This document shows, one piece after another, positions 41,585 through 57,308 of a stretch of DNA of 64,000 bases (within the stretch, counting starts at the first letter, position 1; the number at the start of each line of letters is the position of its first letter). The stretch lies in NCBI RefSeq assembly GCF_009914755.1, contig NC_060947.1; one strand, 5' to 3'. The notes under the pieces are model-generated. The model did not search any database. It was not told the origin of the DNA and saw nothing but the letters and a program-made list of their open reading frames with translations. The stretch comes from the human T2T-CHM13v2.0 reference genome, Homo sapiens. A program made the translations under genes and the position numbers.

Positions 41585-42925
41585 TAATTTTTAGAGCAGT
41601 TTTAGGTTCACAGCAAAATTGAGTGAAGGTACAGAGATTTCCCATATATTCCATCCCCGTACATACAGCCTCCCACCCTATCAAAATTCTATACCATAAT
41701 AGTACATTCATTACCATTGATGAACCTACATCGATATATCATTATCACCCAAAGTTCATACTTTTTTGCGGTTATATATTCTATGAATTTGGACAAATTT
41801 ATAATGACATATTCACCATTATAGTATCAGACAGAGTATTTTCCCTGCCCTAAAATTCCTCTGTGCTCAGCCTATTCACCCCTTCCTCTGCACTAATCCC
41901 TGGAAGCCACTGATCCTTTTTCTGTTTCCATAGTTTTGCCCTTTTCAGGATGTCATACAGTTGAAATCATACATAGGGTGCGTATCCTTTTCAGATTGGC
42001 TACTTTCATTAGTAATATGCATATAAGGCTTCTCTATATCTTTTTATTGCTTAATAGCTCATTCCTTTTTAGCACTGAATATTATTCCATTGTCTGAATC
42101 CACTTAAAAAAAGGACATCTTCCTTGCCTTGAAGTTTGGGCAACTATGAGTAAAGCTACAGTCAATGTCTATGGGTAGGTTTTGTGTGGATATAAGGTTT
42201 CAGTTCCTTTGAGTAGATACCAAGGAGCACAATTGCTAGAACAAATGTTAAGAGTATGTTTAGTTTTTTAAGAAACTGTCAAACTGTCTTGTAAAGTTGT
42301 ACCATTTTATATTTCCACCAACAATGAATGAGATTTCCTGTTGCTCCACAAGCCCACCAGCATTTGGTGTTGTCAGTATTCTGGATTTTGGCCATTCTAA
42401 TGGGTGTAGTGGTATCTCATTGTTAATTTGTGGTTCTCTAATAACATGTGAGCATCTTTTAATATGCTTATTTGCCTTCTGTATACCTTCTTTGATGAGG
42501 TGTCTGCTCATGTATTTGCCCATTTTTTAATCAGGTTGTTCATTTTCTTATTGTTGAGATTTAAGAATTTTTTGTATATTTTGGATAATCGTCCTTCACC
42601 TGTTATTTCTTTTGCATATAATATGTACCAATCTGTGACTTGTCTTCTTATTCTTTGGCAGTGTTATTCACAGAGCAAAAGTTTTTAATTTAATGAAGTC
42701 GAGTTTATCAATTTTTTCTAGTTTCACAATTTTATAAATTGTGACTTTGGGTTTACATCTAAAAAGTCATTGTCATACCCAAGGTTGTTTAGGTTTTCTC
42801 CATCTTTATCTTCTAGGAATTTTGTAGTATTATGTTTTACATGTAGGACAATGATCTATTTCGAGTTAATTTTTTGTGAAGGGTATAAAGTCTGTTTCTA
42901 GATTCACTTTTTTTGTATGTGGGCT
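41585..42925 (-). mobile_element. L1MC1/2-type 3' end, antisense
   Basis: tttttagagcagttttaggttcacagcaaaattgag..., followed by an antisense ORF2 C-terminus. Confidence 0.8.
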
Positions 42926-43099
42926 TCAAGTTTAAAAATAGCAATCCTACTTCTTTGGATATATCTGAAGAAAATTGAGTTAATATATCAAAGAGCTACC
43001 TGCACTCCCATGTTCATTGCAGCATTATTCACAATAGCCAAGATATAGAAACAACTTATATGTCCATCAATGAATAAATGGGTAAAGATGATGTGAGAT

Positions 43100-43182
43100 G
43101 TGTATATATGTGTGTGTGTGTATATATATATAAATATATATATAATATATATATTATATATATTATAAATATATATATTATC
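43100..43182. repeat. (TG)n/(TA)n microsatellite
   Basis: Read directly. Confidence 0.9.
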
Positions 43183-43221
43183 TCCTTTTAAATGGGTAAA
43201 GGCAATGTGTGATATATATAC

Positions 43222-43368
43222 TATTATCGCCTTTTTACAGGAAAGGCAACAGGATTTAAGGAAGTTAAGAGACTTGCTTAAAGCAACTAATCTAGTAAGA
43301 AGCAGAGATCATATGCAAACTCAGGTGATTTACACCCACAAACTCATGCTTTCAATCAACATGCTGTA
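43222..43368 (-). mobile_element. MIR
   Basis: tattatcgcctttttacag...gaagttaagagacttgcttaaag... Confidence 0.7.
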
Positions 43369-43875
43369 CTGATACATGCAACGACTTGAATGGATCTCCA
43401 CAAAATTATATTGAGTGAAAATTAAGTCAATCTCAAAAGTTTACAAACTGAATGATTCTATTCATATAACACTCTTGAAATCACAAAATTATCAACACAG
43501 AGAACAGATTAGTTGATGCTTGAGGTTAAGAATGGGGATTAGGGAGAGGTGAGTGTGGTTATAAAATGAAAACATATGGAATCATTGTGGTTATGAAACT
43601 GATCTTTGCCTTGACTTTGGTGTTAGAAACATTAACCAGCATATGTGATAAAATTGTATAGAAATACACACACACAAAGAGTATAAGTGAAACAGGATAT
43701 CAGCATATGGCTGACAGATTATATAAATGAAAATATTCTGGTTGTGATATTATACTATAGATTTCCAAGCTATTACTGTGGAAAGGATATAAAGAATACA
43801 TGGAATTTTTCTGTAAAATTTCATAAAACTACATGTGAAACTGCAATTATCTCTACAATAATTTAATTTGAAAAT
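43365..43875 (+). mobile_element. L1MD-type 3' UTR
   Basis: tgaatggatctc...atgtgataaaattgtatagaa...acatgtgaaactgcaattatctc. Confidence 0.7.
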
Positions 43876-43879
43876 GTAA

Positions 43880-44730
43880 ATAAAGAAATAGATGATATAA
43901 AAATAGCTGAATCAAACTTCTAGAGAAAAAAGAATCATGTCTGAGAGCAAAAATATATGGCAGACAATATATAACAAAATAAAAGATTAGTGAGTTTAAG
44001 ACATACTAATAGAAAGTATGCCCCCAAAACTTCCAAAGATAAAGAGTATATAAACAAAATAATATGTGATTACAAACCCATAGATTCAAAACTTCACGAG
44101 ACAGAAAATACATCTGATTGGATTCACTCAAAGAGGAGAATACATAAAAAGATTTGAAAAAATAATGACCAAAATTTTGAGGAATGGATAACTATTAACC
44201 TATAGATCCAAGCAGCTTAATGCATCTCAAGGAGAAGGGTCATGAAAAAAACTACACCAAGGCATAAAGCTACATTATAATCAAATTGTTTAAACCAGTG
44301 AATGATTAGAAAATCTTAAAAGCAGCACAAGAGGAAAACACACAGTATGTACAGAGGAACAAAGATGATGCCAAAGTCAGATTTATTTTCAGAAAATATT
44401 CTAGTGAGAAGACATAGACACAACATCGTAAAGGTCCTAAATGGAAAAACTGCCAACTAAGTAACCTATACCTGGCAAAAATATTATTCAAACATGAAGG
44501 GAAATAAAGACTTTTCAGAAATATGAAAGGTGAAAAATTCATAACTAACAAACCTTCACTAAAAGAAATGTTATAGTAACTCCTCCAGGCTACAGAAAAA
44601 TGACATTAGGTGGAAATATGGACATACATAAAGGATTAAACCGTAATAGAAATGATAACTACATGAATGAACACATGATTTTTTATTGTTTATTACATTA
44701 TTGACTATTTAAACAAACACAAAAAAAATG
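43880..44730 (+). mobile_element. Old L1 ORF1 fragment
   Basis: Degenerate ORF1 text (gaaaatcttaaaagcagc; aaacatgaagggaaataaagacttttcaga). Confidence 0.65.
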
Positions 44731-47700
44731 AACTGTGGAGAATCACTTGCAGAATAGTGGTGTGGGAATCTCTGTGAACCCTCTCCCCAGTGAAACAACT
44801 GTAATTCTTGAAAAAATGAAATGTAAAAAGAAAAAAAAACTGCTCTGGGAATTGTCCTAAGGGCATATAGCAAATGGAGAAACATTTATTAAAGGAAATC
44901 TACTAAACCTCAGTAAGAAGAGTAAGAATTTGTGATGCTTGAGCCATTCCCCTTGGAGCTCAGTGTGATGGAAACTCTACTATAGGCAGGTGTTAGTAAG
45001 AAGATCAAGCTCCCTCCCTTCTTCTTTCCAATCTAGCATGATGATTTATCCCCAGGAAAAGTAGGATACTGACATTTCTCATCTTCCCAGATCCATATAG
45101 CTGAAGCTCTATTTCAGGAAAGAATAGGCGAGAGATATGGGGCTCCCTTCCTCCCCACAACCCTCACACATAGGATAGAAACTCCATCCTATTGGCAGCA
45201 AGCTAAGAATACTGGACTTCAGTTACTTCTGCCAAAGATTGCTCATAGAACAAAGATTTTATTGTGGGAGAGGCTATATGAAAAGACCAAGAGCTACTAC
45301 TCCCACACGTTTCCCTACTTGTAGAGTGAAAGAATAACTCACAGAGAAGTTGATCACTGTCCCTGACTCTGGCTTTGAGCACTGGCACAGAGATTTTGCC
45401 CATGGAAAAAGGTAGGCCTTAAGAGCAGACACCTCCATGGGTATTTCTAAGGAGACCGATTTTATTTGAAACAGAGCATGAGAAATTCAAGCCTACATTT
45501 CAGCAAAAGAAATGTTCATGGGAGGCAATTAAGAGGACTTCTGCAGCTCCATGATAGCCACAATTGAAATGGTAGTCTAGCTAGTAATGTATGAAACAGA
45601 ACCAGTGCAAGAGTCATCTAAGAAGTGCTCTTGTGTGTTTGGATCAAGCCACAAAAACTGACATCAAAGACTGCCCCTGCAAAGAGACCTGATTTTATTT
45701 GGATCAGATTGTGAAGCCATGAATGACCCAGGGAATTGTTTTGAAAATAATAAAGCAATCAGCCAGCAATCAGTGGAGGCTAATACCTGAGTGTAATATA
45801 AATAGAGGTGGACTAGCCAGAAGATTAACAGGGAATTCAGGGAAACAGTAAAACAGAGACAGTTAAAACCAAGACTCTGTTCATACCCTAGACCTGTGTT
45901 CAGATGAGTGAAAACAGAAGTTATACACTGAGGGGGAAATAGACTTCATTGACATTGTCTATCTATGTTACTAAACAAATAAACAAGAAACAAGTGAAAC
46001 CAAAAACTACAACAACAACAAAATAACAGGAAGCCTCATGTTGGTGGGGAAAGCAGCAACAAAAGATGGAGAATCAGATCCAGAGTTGCTAAAATATATT
46101 ATCCAAATGTCCAGTTTTCAACAACCACAACAACAAATGAGACGTAAAAAGAAACAGGTGAGTATGACCTATATAGACTGGAGAAAAATAAAAGCAGGTA
46201 ATAGAACATGCCTTTAAGGAACTCAGATGGTGAACTTTGCAGGCAAAGGCTTCAAGTCTGCTATTTATAAATATGTTCCAAGAACTAAATGAGGTTGTGC
46301 TTAAAAAATTAAGGTAAGACATTATGACAATGCTTTATCAACTAGCAAACTCCAATATAAAGATACCAGTTAGTAAAACAAGCCTAATGGACATTCTGGA
46401 GTTGAACACCTGGAGTTGAAAAATACAATAACTGAGATGAAAAATTCACCACATGGACTCAACAAAAGATTTGAGTTGTCAGAAGAAAAAAATAGTGAAC
46501 TTAAGGGTAGCTCAATAGAGGTTATGCAATATGAGGAACAAAGAGAAAAAAATAAAAAATAAACAGACTCTCTGAGACATGCCAGACACTATTAAGGGCA
46601 CCAACGCATGCATAATGGGAGTGTCTACAAGGGAGAAGAGAAAGTAGCAGAAAATATTCAAAGAAATAATTGCCGAAAATTTCCCAAATTTGACGGAAAA
46701 CTTTAATCTACACATTCAAAGAGTGCAATAAAGCCAAGAAGGACTAATGGAAAGACATCTATATCAAGAGCTAACATAGTCAAAACGTTGAAGAAAAGCA
46801 CAAAAGCAGCAAGAGAAAAATTATTTATCATATACAAGGGAATCCTAGTAGGATTAACAGCTGACTTCTTATTAACAAAACAAGTGAAGTCAGGGGCATG
46901 TGATGGTATATTAAAAGTGCAGAAATAAAAAAAAGTCAAACAAAAACATAGCTCACAAAACTATTTTTCAAAAATAACAGCAAATTAAAGACATTCCCAG
47001 GTAACAAAATGTAAAAGAATTTTATGAAAGCCGACCTACCTGACTAGAAATACTCTAGGAAGTTCTTTAGGCTGAGACTAATTGAAACAAGACAAAAATT
47101 AGAACCCACACACATAAAAAGACAAAGACTACCAATAACGTTAATTATTAGGTAAATATGAAAGATATTAATTACATATTTCTTCTCCTTTTATCTCAAC
47201 TTATTTTAAAATAAATGCATACAACAATATGTGCATAATTGCATCTTGGGCTTATATATAGAAATATATTATGTTTGACAATGATGGCACAAAGAGAGAA
47301 ACAGAAAATTCAAAAGGAACGGTTTGTATATCTCACTACCAAATTTATAATTATTACTATAACAACTAGGTAGAATACCAAAAAGAATAGATAAGACTTG
47401 CACAATGCTGCATACCAACTAGACTTAAAAACATCTATAGAACGTTCCACCCAACAAGAGCAGGATACTCATTCTTCTCAAGTGCACATGAAACATTCTC
47501 CAGACAAGACCATATGCTATGTAATAAATAAAGCACCTCAATGCATTTAAAAGAATTGAAATAACACAAAGTATATGTCTGATCACAGTATAATGAAATT
47601 AGAAATAGTAAGAGAAAATTTTTTTGACTACAAACATGAGGAACTTAAACAGCACACTCCTAAATAACCAATGTATCAAAGAAAAAATAACAAGGAAAAT

Positions 47701-49204
47701 TAGAAAATACTTTGCGATGAATGAAAAAATATCCAAACTCTGGGATATTGCTAAAGCCATGTTTACAGGGAAATTTATAGCAATAAATGCCTATATTAAA
47801 GAAAAAAGAAGCACCTCAAATCAATAACCTCATCTTCCACCTTCAGAAACTAAAAAATGAGGAACAAACAAAACCTAAAGCAAGCAGAAAAAAAGACTAA
47901 TGAAGAACAGATAAGAAATAAATGAAATAAAGAATACAAAAACAATAGAAAAAAATCAATAAAACTAAAGATTTTTTCCTTGTAAATATCAATGAAATGA
48001 CAAAGGTTTAGGTAAACTCATTGAGAAAAGATAAGAGAAGACTCAAATTACTAAAATCAGGAATTTAAAAAAGGACATGACTATTGACTATCCCCCCACC
48101 CCAAAAAAATATAAAAAAAACTAAGCCAGCAAGTTAGATGAAATGGACAAAATCCATAGAAAGAAACAAACTGTCAAACTGACTTAAGAAGAAATAGAAA
48201 ATCTGAATAGACTAATAAAGGAAAAAAAGAGAGATTGAATTAGTAATTTTAAAACTTTTCACTAATAAAATCCTATGCCTATATGGCTTTACTGGTGAAC
48301 TCTATTTTTTTAAATTAATACTTACAAACCCTTCCAAAAATAGAAGAGAGGGGGAAAATTACAATTCATTTTATGAATCCAGTATTATTCACCAACCAAA
48401 ACCAGACAAAGACACGACAACAACGGACTAATATCCCTTATGAATATAGATACAGTATTCTTCAACAAAAGACTAGCAAACCAAATTGGGCAGCATTACA
48501 AGAGTTATACTCAATGACTAAGTGGGGTTTATTCTAGGAATATAAGGATGGTTCCATATGTGAAAATCAGTCAATGATTGATTAATATTCACCATAAAAA
48601 TAAAGGATAAAAATCACACGATCATCTTAACAGATGCATAGAAAAGCATTTCACAAATACAACACTGCTTCATAATAAAAATCTCTCAATAAACTAGGAA
48701 TAGAAGGGAACTTCCTCAATCTGATAAAGTGCATCTAGAAAAACCTACAACTAATACCATATCTACTGGTGAATAACTGAAATTTTTCCCCTAAGATCAG
48801 AAAGAAGATGAGATTTTCACTTGACATTTATTTCCAATATTGTTCTGGATATTCTAGTGAGTTCCATTAAACAAGAAAATGAAATGAAAGGGCTCCAGAT
48901 AGAAAAAAAAAAAGTAAAGCTATCTGTATTTGCAGATCATATATTCTTGTATGTTAAAAATCCTAATTAATCATAATCCTAATTATTAGAACTAAAAAAT
49001 GAGTTCAGAAAAATAATATGGAATATACAAATTTCAAATTTATTTCTATACACAAGAAATGAAAATTCAAAAATGAAATTAAGAAAACAATTTACAATAG
49101 CATCAAAAAGAACAAAATACTTATGAATGAATTGTGCAAAATAAGTGCAAAATAAGTATTCTGCAAATTATAAGACATTGTTGAAAGAAATTAAAGAAGA
49201 CATA

Positions 49205-49372
49205 TGGGGGAGGGTGGAGGGATAGCATTAGGAGATATACCTAACGTAAATGATGAGTTAATGGGTGCAGTACACCAACACTGCACATGTATACATATGT
49301 AACAAACCTGCACGTTGTGCACATGTACCCTAGAACTTAAAGTATAATAATAAATAAATAAATAAATAAATA
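49205..49372 (+). mobile_element. Very short L1PA4/5-type 3' end
   Basis: 3'UTR plus an (AAAT)n tail. TSD aaagaagacata (49193-49204, 49373-49384). Confidence 0.9.
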
Positions 49373-50139
49373 AAAGAAGACATAAAAAATGGAAACACAT
49401 CTAGTGGTCATGAATTAGAAGTCTTAACATTGTTAAAATGCATTATTTCCTGAATTGGTTTACAATGCCAATGCTACCTCTTTCAAACTCCTAGTTGCCA
49501 TTTTTTCCCTTAAACTGACAATGCAACTGACCCAGAATAATAAAAAAAACCTGTTTTTTGAGTACTAAATTGGAGGATACTTCCTGATTTCAAAACTTAC
49601 TACAAAGCTAAAATAACAAAGACATTGTGTTACTGGCATAAGAATCTGCATGTAGATTAATGGAATAGTATATGTGTGTAGAAATAAATTCATATTTATG
49701 GCCAATTTCTTTTCAACAAGAATGCCAAGACAATTCAATGGAAGAATGAATAGGGTTTTCAACAGATACTGTTGGACAATTGGATATCCAAATGCAAAAT
49801 AATGAAGTTGGCACCACCGTAAACATCTTGCACAAAGGGTAACTCAAAACGGTTAATATATCCAAACGTATGAGCTAAAATTATAAAACTCTTAGAAGCA
49901 GAGTAGTACATCTTCTTGGCCTTGTTTATGCAAAGGCTTCCTAGATACAAAAACAAAAGCACAAGTGACAAAAGAAAAAAACAGATGTTTAGACTTCTTC
50001 AAAATTAAAATATTTTGTGTTGCTAACAATAATATCAAGAAAGTTTAAAATGATCCAGAAATAATGGGAGAAAATATTTGCAAATCATATATATGATATG
50101 GGACTTATATCCAGAAAAAAAAAAAAAGAGCTGTTACTA

Positions 50140-50490
<351 letters not shown>

Positions 50491-51143
50491 TTATAAATGG
50501 GCAAAGGGTCTGAATAAATATTTTTTCAATTTAAGGTATACTAATGGTCAATAAACACATTAAAAAATATTCAATTCCATAGGCATTAGGAAAATGCAAG
50601 CCAAACTCACAATGAAATACCACTTCACACTCACTAGGATGGCTAGAATTTTCTTTAAAATAGACAATAACAAGTTTTGTATACTATGTGGAGAAACTGA
50701 ATCCCTCATGCACTGCTAGTGGGAATGCAAATGTTGTACTCCCTTTAAAAGCAGTATTCCCGGGGGAGGAGCCAAGGTAGCCGAATAGGAACAGCTCTGG
50801 TCTACAGCACCCAGCGTGAGCGACGCAGAAAACAGGTGATTTCTGCATTTCCATCTGAGCTTTGAAGAGAGCAGTGGTTCTCCCAGCACGCAGCTGGAGA
50901 TCTGAGAATGGGCAGACTCCCTCCTCAAGTGGGTCCCTGACCCCTGACACCCGAGCAGCCTAACTGGGAGGCATCCCCCAGCAGGGGCAGACTGACACCT
51001 CACAGGGCCAGGTACTCCAACAGACCTGCAGCTGAGGGTCCTGTCTGTTAGAAGGAAAACTAACAAACAGAAAGGACATCCACACCAAAAACCCATCTGT
51101 ACGTCACCATCATCAAAGACCAAAAGTAGATAAAACCACAAAG

Positions 51144-52160
51144 ATGGGGAAAAAACAGAGCAGAAAAACTGGAAACTCTAAAAAGCAGAGCGCCTCTCCT
51201 CCTCCAAAGGAACACAGTTCCTCACCAGCAATGGAACAAAGCTGGACGGAGAATGACTTTGACTAGCTGAGAGAAGAAGGCTTCAGACGATCAAATTACT
51301 CCGAGCTATGGGAGGCCATTCAAACCAAAGGCAAAGAAGTTGAAAACTTTGAAAAAAGTTTAGAAGAATGTATAACTAGAATAACCAATACGGAGAAGTG
51401 CTTAAAGGAGCTGATGGAACTGAAAACCAAGGCTCGAGAACTACGTGAAGAATGCAGGAGCCTCAGGAGCCGATGTGATCAACTGGAAGAAAGGGTATCA
51501 GCCATGAAAGATGAAGTGAATGAAATGAAGCCAGAAGGGAAGTTTAGAGAAAAAAGAATAAAAAGAAACGAGCAAAGCCTCCAAGAAATATGGGACTATG
51601 TGAAAAGACCAAATCTACATCTGATTGGTGTACCTGAAACTGACGGGGAGAATGGAACCAAGTTGGAAAACACTCTGCAGGATATCATCCAGGAGAACTT
51701 CCTCAATCTAGCAAGGCAGGCCAACATTCAGATTCAGGAAATACAGAGAACGCCACAAAGATACTCCTTGAGAAGAGCAACTCCAAGACACATAATTGTC
51801 AGATTCACCAAAGTTGAAATGAAGGAAAAAATGTTAAGGGCAGCCAGAGAGAAAGGTCGGGTTACCAACCAAGAGAAGCCCATCAGACTAACAGCGGATC
51901 TCTTGGCAGAAACTCTACAAGCCAGAAGAGAGTGGGGGCCAATATTCAACATTCTTAAAGAAAAGAATTTTCAACCCAGAATTTCATATCCAGCCAAACT
52001 AAGCTTCATAAGTGAAGGAGAAATAAAATACTTTACAGACAAGCAAATGCTGAGAGGTTTTGTCACCACCAGGCCTGCCCTAAAAGAGCTCCTAAAGGAA
52101 GCGCTAACCATGGAAAGGAACAACTGATACCAGCCACTGCAAAATCATGCCAAAATGTAA
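51144..52160 (+). pseudogene. L1 ORF1p (338 codons), inactivated by TAG at codon 41 (51264) and TGA at 52125
   Basis: ATG 51144 to TAA 52160 is 1017 nt. The peptide matches L1 ORF1p (EIWDYVKRPNL, ARREWGPIF, YPAKLS). Confidence 0.93.
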
Positions 52161-52223
52161 AGACCATCGAGACTAGGAAGAAACTGCATGAACTAACAAG
52201 CAAAATACCCAGCTAACATCATA

Positions 52224-56047
<3,824 letters not shown>

Positions 56048-56524
56048 ACAATGAGAACACATGGACACAGGAAGGGGAACATCACACTCTGGGGACTGTT
56101 GTGGGGTGGGGGGAGGGGGGAGGGATAGCATTGGGAGATATACCTAATGCTAGATGACGAGTTAGTGGGTGCAGCGCACCAGCATGGCACATGTATACAT
56201 ATGTAACTAACCTGCACATTGTGCACATGTACCCTAAAACCTAAAGTATAATAATAATAAATTTTTAAAAAAATTTTAAAAAGTTTCCAAAAAATAAAAA
56301 ATAAATAAATAAATAAAAGCAGTATTCCCAATCCTGAAAATGTTAAACACAGAGTTATCATATTCAACTCGCAGATACATACGACAGAAAATAAAAATAT
56401 ATGTTCACACAGTAAGTTGTAGACAAATGTTCATAGCAGCTTTATCACAATAGCCAAAAAGTGCAAACAAAAATGTTCATCAATAGATGAATAGATAAAC
56501 AAAATGTGGAATATCCACACTGCA

Positions 56525-57308
56525 AAATAGTATGAAATATTGGTTTTTGTTACTGGTTTCTGACACAGAGCTCTTAAAGCTGTTTATATTTTTCTGGATT
56601 ATAACAGCATGTTTTGTTCCAATGAGATGACTCTTGGTGGACTTCAGGATAGGGGCTGGTCACTAGAATGAACAAGCCATGATTAGAAATTGGTAACTTT
56701 CAGCTCCTTCCTCCATTCTCTGAGATGGGGAGGGGATCTGGTGATTGAGTTAGTAATCCACCATGCTTTTTTGATGAAACCTCCATAAAAAGGGTTTGGA
56801 GAGCTTCTAGGTTGGTGAACACATCCAAATGCTGGGAGGGGGCTCCTCCCATCTCCACAGAGACAGAAGCTCCTGTGCGTGGGACCCTTCCAGACCTTGC
56901 TCTGGGTACCTCTTCATCTGGCTGTTCATCTGCATCTTTTATCATATCTTTTGTGATAAACTGATAAATGTGTTTCCCTGAATTCTGTGAGCTATCACAG
57001 TGATATATCCAACCTGAAGAGATAGTCCTGAGAACACATGATTTGTAGTCAAGTTGGACAGAAGTGTGAATAACTTGGGGACCCACTACTGGTAATCGGC
57101 GTCTGAAGTTAGAGGGCAGTCTTGGGGGATTGAGCCCTTAACCTGTGGGGTCTGCACTAATTCCAGGTAGTTAGTGTCATAAGTGAATTGTAACATACTC
57201 ACCTGGTGTTCACAAAGTTGAAAAATTTGTTGGTGTGAGAAAAAAATCCCCACATATTTGGTGTCAGAAGTGTTCAGTGCAGTAGAAAAAGAAAAAAAAA
57301 GTTTTTCA
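56525..57308 (+). mobile_element. MER21 5' LTR
   Basis: MER21 text ending ...gtttttca, directly followed by PBS-like tttggtgtcagaa. Confidence 0.8.

Noticed and set aside
50684-51141. Antisense ORFs in the L1 5'UTR as ORF0
   Set aside because: The ORF0 region lies in the spliced-out part of the UTR. These frames are incidental.
56100-56125. G-quadruplex-forming tract
   Set aside because: Standard polypurine tract of the L1PA 3'UTR.
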